From Candidatus Bathyarchaeota archaeon (GTDB taxonomy: Archaea; Thermoproteota; Bathyarchaeia; TCS64): a stretch of 14,514 bases of DNA. The number at the start of each line of letters is the position of its first letter. Position 1 is the stretch's first letter. Below the pieces are notes generated by a model that was not told where the DNA came from, ran no database searches, and worked only from the letters and a program-made list of their open reading frames with translations. Positions 7,437 to 14,514 of the stretch are shown piece after piece. The DNA lies in contig JBDRQD010000069.1 of the NCBI GenBank assembly GCA_043826455.1, positions 1 to 14,514 of the forward strand. The letters run 5' to 3'. The position numbers and the translations under genes are program-made.

Positions 7437-8327
7437 GTGTCGGATAACAGGAGACGAAGGGAGACCAGCGACGCCATAGAGGAAACCTTCAGCAGGTACG
7501 CCTCCGAGGACAGGCAGCCACAGCTCCCAACCATCGAATCCGACGAACCCACCCCACAGGGCAAACCCTCAGCGCCCCTCAAGGAACAGGAAAAACCGGG
7601 CCAACCATCCCACTACCCCACGAACATACCTGGACTGGATGACCTCCTGGGAGGCGGCCTGCCCAACGGCGGCCTAATACAGATCATAGGCACCATAGGG
7701 TCAGGGTACACCACCTTCATCAACCAGATCCTCATCAACCACCTAAACAACGGCGGAAAAGCCGCGTACTACACCACCGAGACATCCAGCTACAACGTGC
7801 AGCAGGAGATGGCCGTCTACGGCTGGAGCCTGAACAGGTTCATCCAGAACGGAAACCTCGTATTCATCAACGTCCTCACCCCCGACCTCCAGCAGCTGGC
7901 GGAGCTGGCTCCTGAGAGCTTCAGCAAGCTACGCGTCACCCTCAGCGAATCCCTGACGGCGCTGAAGACGGATCTGCTGGGTAAGATCAAGGAGAACCGG
8001 TGGGCGGTGCTTGACCTGAGCCACATCCTTCACACATATAGTTTGAATGAGGTGGTGGGGCTGATGATGTACTGGAGGGCGACGGTACGCGCCTTCGGCG
8101 GCGTAGGCTTCGCTGTATTGCCCAGCGGCGTTCACGATGACAAGCTTGTGAATGCTTTGAAGAACATCGTGGACGGTGTCCTGGAGTTTGGTCTCCGTGA
8201 GGGCACCTTGGAGTATGGTGGCTCGTTGATAGTGCAGAAGCTTCTGGGTATGCGGTCCGCTAAGAGGGTCTCGTACAGTCTGCGGGAAGAAGGAATAATA
8301 GTAGAAACCGCCATGAGAATAAGATAA
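7437..8327 (+). CDS. KaiC/RAD55-like RecA-fold protein with degenerate Walker motifs
   Basis: PTNIPGLDDLLGGGLP, GTIGSGYTT, YYTTE, VDGVLEF, IVQKL, GIIVETAMRI; Pro/Glu-rich N-terminal extension. Confidence 0.88.
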   Translation: MSDNRRRRETSDAIEETFSRYASEDRQPQLPTIESDEPTPQGKPSAPLKEQEKPGQPSHYPTNIPGLDDLLGGGLPNGGLIQIIGTIGSGYTTFINQILINHLNNGGKAAYYTTETSSYNVQQEMAVYGWSLNRFIQNGNLVFINVLTPDLQQLAELAPESFSKLRVTLSESLTALKTDLLGKIKENRWAVLDLSHILHTYSLNEVVGLMMYWRATVRAFGGVGFAVLPSGVHDDKLVNALKNIVDGVLEFGLREGTLEYGGSLIVQKLLGMRSAKRVSYSLREEGIIVETAMRIR

Positions 8328-8330
8328 ACC
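8062..8330 (+). repeat. Direct repeat copy 1 (kaiC-like 3' end)
   Basis: About 95% identical to 10120-10388 (about 13 differences counted by eye, no indels). Confidence 0.95.
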
Positions 8331-8407
8331 CCCCCTTTAGAAGGTTTCAACTACGCCTTCACTCAGCTTGCTCATCGGATGATATTTCGAGGTCGCCCTC
8401 AATGACC

Positions 8408-9343
8408 TTACCCGAGACCGTTAACTACTTTCAAGATGAACTCGTTAAATGATTCCAAGAACTCGTAGAACTCGGTCTCATCGATTTCTTCGAGTAAAAG
8501 CCCACGCTCCTCTCCCCACGTGAAAGGCTCTGCCCCGAGGACGGCTTTCCTAGCATCCAGGTTACGGCGGTACTTTTCATACAGCCCGAGCGTGAACTGT
8601 ATCTTCTCCATTGCCTGGTCAAGCACATCGTCAGGCTTAACTCCGAACCGCTTTCCGATGACATATACGTCCACATAATCACGCGCCTTGACGCCACTGC
8701 GCGTGAGAATCGAACGTATCTTCTCGGCAAGCATCTCCCGAACCTCATATGCCTTGAAAGGGATTGCCTGAAGATAATCGGACTGCTCAGGGAAGAGAAG
8801 CCCCATCTCTCGCTTCGTACGAGCATCCGCACCTGTCAACAGGCTCTGCAACATAATCGTTTCAGGGGGGTACAGCAGCTTCTCCACGAAGTTGACCTGA
8901 ACCTTGATGAAGCTCCTCCATCTAAGGGCCTCGGAGTCGTACCACAGCTTGAAGGTGCATATCTTGTCGCTCCCGCCTAGCTCAACATAGTTCCTGTCGC
9001 GCTTGGCACACCTGAAGTCGAAGCCGCGCCGAGCCGATATCTCCTCGAATAACCCTCCCGCATCGTCTATGAGGGTGGACAGGTACCGGCGCATCTCCTT
9101 CCCGGATTTGCCTTCGTAGACGGACTGGTCGCGCCACGTAAAGTCGACGTCCTCGGAGAAGCGGAAGTAGCCGATGTAGCCTTTGATCAGGCATGTCCCG
9201 CCCTTGAACAGGAAGCTATCCGAGAAGAAGAGGTCTGATGAAAGGTCGGCAAGTATCTGGTGCAGCAGCAGGTCCTTCTCGATCAGGTCGGCCCTCTTGA
9301 CGCCTGTCCTCTTCGATACCTCGTTGACGAAAGGCAGCCTCAA
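8408..9343 (-). CDS. abiEii: AbiEii/AbiGii-family nucleotidyltransferase toxin (type IV TA)
   Basis: LIEKD, FKGGTCL, RFSEDVDF, EKIRSIL, KARDYVD motifs. Probable TTG start at 9343 overlapping the antitoxin TGA, with GGAGG upstream. Confidence 0.92.
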   Translation of the reverse strand: MRLPFVNEVSKRTGVKRADLIEKDLLLHQILADLSSDLFFSDSFLFKGGTCLIKGYIGYFRFSEDVDFTWRDQSVYEGKSGKEMRRYLSTLIDDAGGLFEEISARRGFDFRCAKRDRNYVELGGSDKICTFKLWYDSEALRWRSFIKVQVNFVEKLLYPPETIMLQSLLTGADARTKREMGLLFPEQSDYLQAIPFKAYEVREMLAEKIRSILTRSGVKARDYVDVYVIGKRFGVKPDDVLDQAMEKIQFTLGLYEKYRRNLDARKAVLGAEPFTWGEERGLLLEEIDETEFYEFLESFNEFILKVVNGLG

Positions 9344-9969
9344 CTCATCGCCTCCACTATGCCGCGCACCGTCTTCGGGTAGTAGCCAGAGTACTCGCGT
9401 AAACGGTCCTTCGACAGTCTTTCCGACCATTCCGTAAGATCCAGCAGGATTCTCTCTCTCGGTACCCCGTTGTACCGCCAAGTATAAACAAAGTCGAGCA
9501 CGGTCTTCTCCGGGTCAGAGTACCGTATACCCTCAGCCTTAATTCCGAACCCGAAGAGCCTCGGCGCAAGTTTCAGGAACCTGAACCTGTAGCCGGCTAT
9601 GTTGATGGGCTTCGCCCTGAACATGCTGTCGCTGACTACATAGTCTACGGAGAAGTGCTCGTGGGTCATGTTGTTCAGCTTCAGAGCGGTGTATAGACCA
9701 AAGTACCAGTTCTCTACGCCTTTCAGCCCCAGCCCCTTCGCCACAAGCTCAAGATGCGTGTAACGGGACTTTCCAAGCTCCTCCTCTTCCAGCGATTTTA
9801 AGTAGAATACGCCTCGGAATACTCGAACCAGGTGACTGTGAGCGGTGAGATACCTGACTGTGGCTGTGTAGTCGACGCCCATCGCTTCGCAATAGCGTTT
9901 GAGCTCGTCGTTCTTAACGAATTCTTTCCCGTCGATGCGGAGCTTTTTCAGCAGCAGAGGCACCGTCAT
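9340..9969 (-). CDS. abiEi: AbiEi-like antitoxin / transcriptional regulator
   Basis: wHTH-like LVRVFRGVFY, WYFGLYTAL, YSDPEKTVLD motifs; translationally coupled to abiEii. Confidence 0.85.
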   Translation of the reverse strand: MTVPLLLKKLRIDGKEFVKNDELKRYCEAMGVDYTATVRYLTAHSHLVRVFRGVFYLKSLEEEELGKSRYTHLELVAKGLGLKGVENWYFGLYTALKLNNMTHEHFSVDYVVSDSMFRAKPINIAGYRFRFLKLAPRLFGFGIKAEGIRYSDPEKTVLDFVYTWRYNGVPRERILLDLTEWSERLSKDRLREYSGYYPKTVRGIVEAMS

Positions 9970-9970
9970 T

Positions 9971-10015
9971 TATATCACATTATACCACATTTTGGTATAT
10001 TATGATATATATCAT
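9971..10015 (-). promoter_or_regulatory. AbiE promoter/operator inverted repeat
   Basis: TATATCA-CAT-TATACCA-CATTT-TGGTATA-TTA-TGATATA (9971-10009) plus overlapping palindrome ATGATATATATCAT (10002-10015). Confidence 0.7.
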
Positions 10016-10119
10016 TTTATACACGCGCGCGGGGTTTATCCGCCGGGCCATGGCCCTTAAGCCACTGCCTGTAGAGCCTGTCCCGCACCTGGTTGCAGAG
10101 GGCTAGGCCCGCGCGCGGT

Positions 10120-10385
10120 TGATGATGTACTGGAGGGCGACGATACGCGCCTTCGGCGGCGTAGGCTTCGCCGTACTGCCCAGCGGCGTTCACGATGACA
10201 AGCTTGTGAATGCCTTGAAGAACATCGGGGACGGTGTCCTAGAGTTCGGTCTCCGTGAGGGCACCTTGGAGTATGGTGGCTCGTTGATCGTGCAGAAGCT
10301 TCCGGGTATGAGGTCCGCTAAGAGGGTCTCGTACAGTCTGCGGGAAGAGGGAATAATAGTAGAAACCGCCATGAGAATAAAGTAA
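10120..10385 (+). pseudogene. Duplicated 3' fragment of the kaiC-like gene (direct repeat copy 2)
   Basis: Matches 8062-8327; starts just after CGCGCGCG (10110-10117); substitutions V>I, V>G, L>P, R>K. Confidence 0.92.
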
Positions 10386-10605
10386 ACCTGCTGACGCTCC
10401 TATGGACCGGTGACGAAAAGCTCATCCCGTACAACTTCAGGGTCTACGACAAGCCCATGGGAGGATCGACGAAGAGCGAAGGCTTCAGGGAGATGCTCAT
10501 GGAGGCTGAGGAGCGGGGCTTCAACCCCGACTGCGTCCTCTCCGACTGCTGGTACCCGGCCTAGACAACCTTAAGCTGCTGAGGGGCCTCGGGTGGCGGT
10601 GGCTG
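10383..10605 (+). pseudogene. Internal fragment of an IS701-family transposase (not in ORF track)
   Basis: NLLTLLWTGDEKLIPYNFRVYDKPMGGSTKSEGFREMLMEAEERGFNPDCVLSDCWY, frameshift, then GLDNLKLLRGLGWRWL. Confidence 0.8.
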
Positions 10606-10698
10606 CTCTTCGGCTGAGTAGGCCCTGGAAGGCTAGATCGTTGTCGTCATTCTGGTGGTGAGGGAGTTGACATAAACATGCAATAAAGCAACAGGCTG
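10592..10698 (+). mobile_element. Second, diverged copy of the right end of the IS at 611-1708
   Basis: Aligns without gaps to 1602-1708; TIR variant AATAAAGCAACAGGCTG, followed by GCGCGCG (10699-10705). Confidence 0.9.
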
Positions 10699-10845
10699 GC
10701 GCGCGTAGCCCCCGACCCTCGCCAGACCCCTCAACGTGTTCCTCCACCACACCCTTCTGAGGTTCATCTCGAAGTCCTCCGAACAGATAACTGAGAGGGT
10801 CTAACACATATTCTATACGTGAATGAATGTTATGACCCTCGGAAC

Positions 10846-10873
10846 GTTTTTTAACAGGTAAGACAAATCTTAC
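10846..10873 (+). promoter_or_regulatory. TA promoter with operator palindrome
   Basis: T-rich TATA-like TTTTTTAAC then GTAAGA-CAAA-TCTTAC (10858-10873) just before the ATG. Confidence 0.65.
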
Positions 10874-10878
10874 ATGAC

Positions 10879-11133
10879 ATGCTCGACGTAACCAAGATAA
10901 GCTCCAAGGGACAGATCGTCATACCCAAGCCTATAAGAGAGAGCCTGAACCTGACGGAGGGCGACAGGCTCATCGCATACGCCAGAGGAGACCTCATCAT
11001 ATTAAAAAGATTGAATGGCGGGGAGAGCATCCTCAGCCTCCTATCACAACCCACGAGGAAGAAGATGGAAGAGCTAGACATAACGAGGAAGGACGTAGAC
11101 GATGCCATCGAGTGGGCGAGAGAGCGGCCTTAA
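10879..11133 (+). CDS. vapB: AbrB/MazE/SpoVT-family antitoxin
   Basis: TKISSKGQIVIPKPIRESLNLTEGD motif, upstream of a PIN gene. Confidence 0.9.
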   Translation: MLDVTKISSKGQIVIPKPIRESLNLTEGDRLIAYARGDLIILKRLNGGESILSLLSQPTRKKMEELDITRKDVDDAIEWARERP

Positions 11134-11533
11134 AGCAGTCTTCGACACAAACATACTCGTCTCAGCTTGGTTCTGGGAGGGAAACGAGTCAAAGCTCATA
11201 GAATCCGTGGAGGAAGGCTTCATCCACGGGTACAGCTCAAAACAACTCATCGAAGAACTCTGCAGAACCCTCAGATACCCAAAATTTAATCTATCACAGG
11301 ACGAAGTAGAAATGGTACGCAGTTACTACCTGCTCTTATTCAAAATAGTCAGTCCCAAGCAAGCCATCGACATAATGCTGGAAGACCCAAGCGACAACAT
11401 GGTCCTAGAATGTGCCCTCGAAGCCGAAGCTGATTACATCGTTTCAGGGGACCATCACCTTTTAAATGTGGGTGAATTCAGAGAGGTCAAGATCGTAACG
11501 GCAGCGGAGCTACTGAAGACACTATCCGCTTGA
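11102..11533 (+). CDS. vapC: PIN-domain toxin (VapC-like)
   Basis: AVFDTNILVSA, EEL, DPSDNMVLECA, YIVSGDHHLL acidic PIN motifs. Start position uncertain. Confidence 0.92.
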   Translation: MPSSGRESGLKAVFDTNILVSAWFWEGNESKLIESVEEGFIHGYSSKQLIEELCRTLRYPKFNLSQDEVEMVRSYYLLLFKIVSPKQAIDIMLEDPSDNMVLECALEAEADYIVSGDHHLLNVGEFREVKIVTAAELLKTLSA

Positions 11534-12183
11534 ATAGTATCGCGTAACACCACATGAGATCCATTATACATACTAATATGGTGTGGGAGACACACGCATC
11601 ACGGACAGCCTCATAGGCGGAAACGTCACCAAGTCACGAAAACAACCTCCTCAAAGGCAGAGATTCATAATCGGTGACCAATCAAAGGTAACAATATGAC
11701 GAGGATAGAGCCCAAACTATACGACGAGATAAAGAAATCGAGTATGTATTTAGACGGTATGTTGAAAAGATGAAAAAGGTTTCCTGCTAGAGTATGTCCT
11801 GAGTGGTGGTTGGCTTGCCCTTAGAAACATTGGTTCTTGAGACCTACCCGTTGAATGGGCTTCTCCCGAGCTACTCTCCCGGTGTCAGTACAACCCTCGG
11901 ATTTTACCAGTAAATTTGTGTTCGATCCCCGCCGCCCTCACCCTGAGTTCAAATTGACAAAACAGAAAACATATAGTCGAAAAGAATAGCATATTCTACT
12001 TCAAGTTACTTAATTTTGACTATATCAAAGATGTTCTATAGATCTCCTAGCTGGCTAGCCCGCCACATAACATGGTCCAGGAGACCGTAATTTTGACTGG
12101 GCGAACCCGAACTGCCATGGATGTGGTCCATGAAACCGGATATGTGATTGCAGCCCGAAGCCGGCGCGCATGCTGAAAGACAT

Positions 12184-13107
12184 TTACAGCAGGACGGTGA
12201 ACTCCATTCGCTGAGCCAGCTCCTTGTACCTGTTCCTGATGGTGACCTCGGTGACCTGGGCCTCCTTCGCTATCTCCCCCTGAGTCCGCCTCTCGCTGGT
12301 CAACTGGCTGCTGATGTAGACGCAGGCCGCGGCTATCCCAGAGGGACCCCTGCCGACGGTGAGCTTCATATCCGACGCCTGGTTCAGAATCAGTATCGCC
12401 AGCCTCTCCGTCCTCCCCGTCAAGGCCAGCCTATTCACGATCTTACTGATATAGCCCTGGGGGTCCACCTGAGGCACAGTGGGCTTCAGCTCCCTGAGCA
12501 GGAACCTGTAGTTCCGGGCCGCCTCCTTCTTAGTGATGTCGGCGGCGTCCGCCACCTCCTCCAGTGTCCTGATGACCCCGCACTGCCTGCAGGCCATGTA
12601 GATGCTGGCCACAGCCACACTCTGGATGGTCCTCCCACGGATGAGCTGCTTCTGGACGGCAAGGCGGTAGATCATGCTCGAGGTCTCCACCACGTTCCTG
12701 GGCAGGTTAAGCTTGTAGCTTATCTTGATCATCTCGCTCAAGGCGTGAGCCAGGTTACGCTGCGTCGAGTCCGAGACCTTGCTACGCTGGTGCCACCTCC
12801 TGAGCCGGTATAGCCGGGCCCGCACCTCCGGGCCCAGCCTCCTCCCCATCGCGTCACGGTCCCGCCACCCCATGGTGGTGCTCAATCCCTTATCGTGGAG
12901 GGTCCACGTCGCGGGGGCTCCGACCCTGGGGAGCTTGTCCTGCTGTTCCTGGTCGAAGGCTCTCCACTCTGGCTCTCTGCTTAATGGTGTGGACGAGATC
13001 ACGAGGCCGCATGTCCGGCACACCAGCTCACCCGCCTCAGGGTCCTGGAGGAAGCTGGATCCGCCGCACTCTGGGCAAGCTACTTTTGTTCGCAGTTTGA
13101 CTGTCAA
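12184..13107 (-). CDS. tfb: Transcription initiation factor IIB (TFB)
   Basis: Zn ribbon CPECG...CRTCG, B-reader EWRAF/RVGAP/HDKGLST, two cyclin repeats, VTEVTIRNRYKEL. Confidence 0.97.
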   Translation of the reverse strand: MTVKLRTKVACPECGGSSFLQDPEAGELVCRTCGLVISSTPLSREPEWRAFDQEQQDKLPRVGAPATWTLHDKGLSTTMGWRDRDAMGRRLGPEVRARLYRLRRWHQRSKVSDSTQRNLAHALSEMIKISYKLNLPRNVVETSSMIYRLAVQKQLIRGRTIQSVAVASIYMACRQCGVIRTLEEVADAADITKKEAARNYRFLLRELKPTVPQVDPQGYISKIVNRLALTGRTERLAILILNQASDMKLTVGRGPSGIAAACVYISSQLTSERRTQGEIAKEAQVTEVTIRNRYKELAQRMEFTVLL

Positions 13108-13403
13108 GGAACCTCAAGGACCATATGTTAGGGAATAGCTGGTCATATAACTCTGTTTGTGGTTCCCTGAGGCCGGCTTGAAACGGGTTTTTACCCTAGC
13201 TGCGGTAGCGTCTATACCTTGGAGTCAGAGTGGACTCAGTTAACACTGATCATACTAGATAATCCGCGTTTGAGTCCCATATCTATCCCAGGGGAGTTGA
13301 CTTGGGTGGAAGAATCCATTGGGTTCCACTCTAAACCCCGGTTGTTCCTATCAATTAGAGAAAGATATAACTTAAATATCTGATCTGGCTGATATTGACA
13401 TCC

Positions 13404-13763
13404 ATGTCACTAGAAATGGATCTGTCAAAGACGGGCTACGAGATGTCCTTCAAACCCTACCAGGCACTCACCCTAAGATACCTATGGACCGTCAAGAATG
13501 GCGCTAAAAGCTTAGAGGTGTGGAACCACGTCAAAACGCAGCCAGGGGGCTCCATCAGCAGAGCCAGCATCATCAACAGCCTCAACGCCATGGTAGACAA
13601 CGGCATACTGGACTACGATGAGAAAACGGGAAAAGGAGGCCACCATCGAGTATACCACCACAGGTACAGTGAAGCAGAACTCAAGGAATACCTTGCATCC
13701 TGTATCATAAGGAAGCTGCTGAAAGAGTTCCCCGAGGAGACGAGAAAAGCGTTAAGGGTATAG
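13404..13763 (+). CDS. Winged-helix transcriptional regulator (BlaI/MecI/CopY-like)
   Basis: LRYLW...ISRASIINSLNAMVDNGIL...TGKGGHHRVY; AAAGATATAACTTAAAT promoter-like sequence upstream. ATG 13404 preferred over TTG 13395. Confidence 0.8.
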   Translation: MSLEMDLSKTGYEMSFKPYQALTLRYLWTVKNGAKSLEVWNHVKTQPGGSISRASIINSLNAMVDNGILDYDEKTGKGGHHRVYHHRYSEAELKEYLASCIIRKLLKEFPEETRKALRV

Positions 13764-13922
13764 CCCCGTTTTATAGGTTTGTACGGTGGCCTGGCCTCTA
13801 GATGTGTAGGCCTCGCCCAAGAAACGTGAAGGCTGGAAACGATACCGTTTCCACGGTGCAGATACAAGCAGGATGGACCCCAGACCCCGCCATTCACGTT
13901 TCAAGCGACACCCCCATCCAGC

Positions 13923-14111
13923 CTAACTATATTCTCCGCGGCGTAGTGGAGAAAAAACCGGATGAGTTCCAGAGAGCCCTATGCTCATGGGTGAAAAGAG
14001 GAACCCATAAGATGAGTGAAAACACCATAAAGTGGCCATTATAGCGGCGATGCCCGTGGCAAGCCCAATGCGAATAGGCCCATCACGCAGCCGGGTCGTC
14101 CGAGTTTCCAT
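13923..14111 (-). CDS. Small hydrophobic hypothetical protein, possibly frameshifted
   Basis: GAGG upstream of the ATG, overlaps the previous gene, hydrophobic stretch IGLATGIAAIMATL. Confidence 0.35.
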   Translation of the reverse strand: METRTTRLRDGPIRIGLATGIAAIMATLWCFHSSYGFLFSPMSIGLSGTHPVFSPLRRGEYS

Positions 14112-14400
14112 ATTTAACCTCGTCCTCCTTTACACGTTTCCCGTCTAGCTTAGCATCGAGCTCTTCTCTCGTAGTTACCCTTTCAATGGATGCAGTATAA
14201 TCGTGGATGGGTGCAGCCCTCTTGCTTGTCCGTTCCTTTAGTTGAGCGTCGAGATACGCCTTGTCCATGACGTAGCCCCGACACTGCGATCTCCTAACAT
14301 AAATCTTTGAGTCCGGGCCTCCTGTGCAGAAGCTCCTCGTTCCTTTATCGATCTTAGCACAGTCATCGGCATCACACTGGACCGTTATTTTGGCGGTCAC
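14083..14400 (-). CDS. Hypothetical protein with four Cys (possible Zn-binding)
   Basis: GTG start in a GTGA overlap with the upstream stop; CDADDC...C...C. Confidence 0.6.
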   Translation of the reverse strand: MTAKITVQCDADDCAKIDKGTRSFCTGGPDSKIYVRRSQCRGYVMDKAYLDAQLKERTSKRAAPIHDYTASIERVTTREELDAKLDGKRVKEDEVKYGNSDDPAA

Positions 14401-14513
14401 TTCCCAGCCTCAGCCTCCAAGAGGCCGTCAAGCTCTTTTCTCGCTTTTTCAATGCATTCCTCGCAGATCCGCCCCACCGTTTTGTGCCCGCTCCCAGGAC
14501 TTTTCTTCCTCAA
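14397..14513 (-). CDS. 3' part of a CxxC-containing hypothetical protein (runs off the window)
   Basis: LRKKSPGSGHKTVGRICEECIEKARKELDGLLEAEAGK*; stop overlaps the next GTG. Confidence 0.55.
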   Translation of the reverse strand: MRKKSPGSGHKTVGRICEECIEKARKELDGLLEAEAGK

Positions 14514-14514
14514 T

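Noticed and set aside
9344..9481. 46-aa N-terminal extension of AbiEii
   Set aside because: Overlaps abiEi; a coupled TTG start at 9343 is more plausible.
10706..10840. Possible gene or IS fragment after the CG tract
   Set aside because: Open frames exist on both strands but no motif I can assign.
11534..12160. Possible degraded genes or ncRNA in the long intergenic region
   Set aside because: Only very short ORFs and no convincing structure or homology.
135..12169. CG tracts as a CRISPR-like array
   Set aside because: Too short, irregularly spaced, no constant spacer length and no cas genes.
12148..13138. Plus-strand ORFs 12148-12813 and 12779-13138
   Set aside because: Antisense shadows of tfb.

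Overview
Archaeal accessory region, most consistent with Bathyarchaeia (inferred from the TFB, class III signal-peptide pilins, KaiC-like protein and promoter style). Apparently intact genes: two type IV pilin-like genes, a KaiC/RAD55-like protein with degenerate Walker motifs, an RHH regulator, an AAA_14/DUF4143 ATPase, a PH-domain membrane protein, AbiEi/AbiEii and AbrB/PIN toxin-antitoxin pairs, a TFB paralog, a wHTH regulator, and small Cys-containing ORFs at the right edge. Between them lie many IS remnants: a frameshifted IS5/IS1182-like element with 17-bp TIRs plus a second copy of its right end, two tnpB 3' ends with right ends, an internally deleted ISH6-like element with DUF2080, an IS701 fragment and another IS5-like fragment. 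Three signals stand out. (1) Alternating (CG)n tracts sit at most junctions between unrelated modules. (2) The predicted ~113-nt leader of the long pilin can fold into a closed multi-stem RNA. (3) A ~95%-identical duplication of the kaiC-like 3' end brackets the AbiE module. No tRNA, rRNA or CRISPR array was seen. All family calls come from motif recognition by eye, not database searches.
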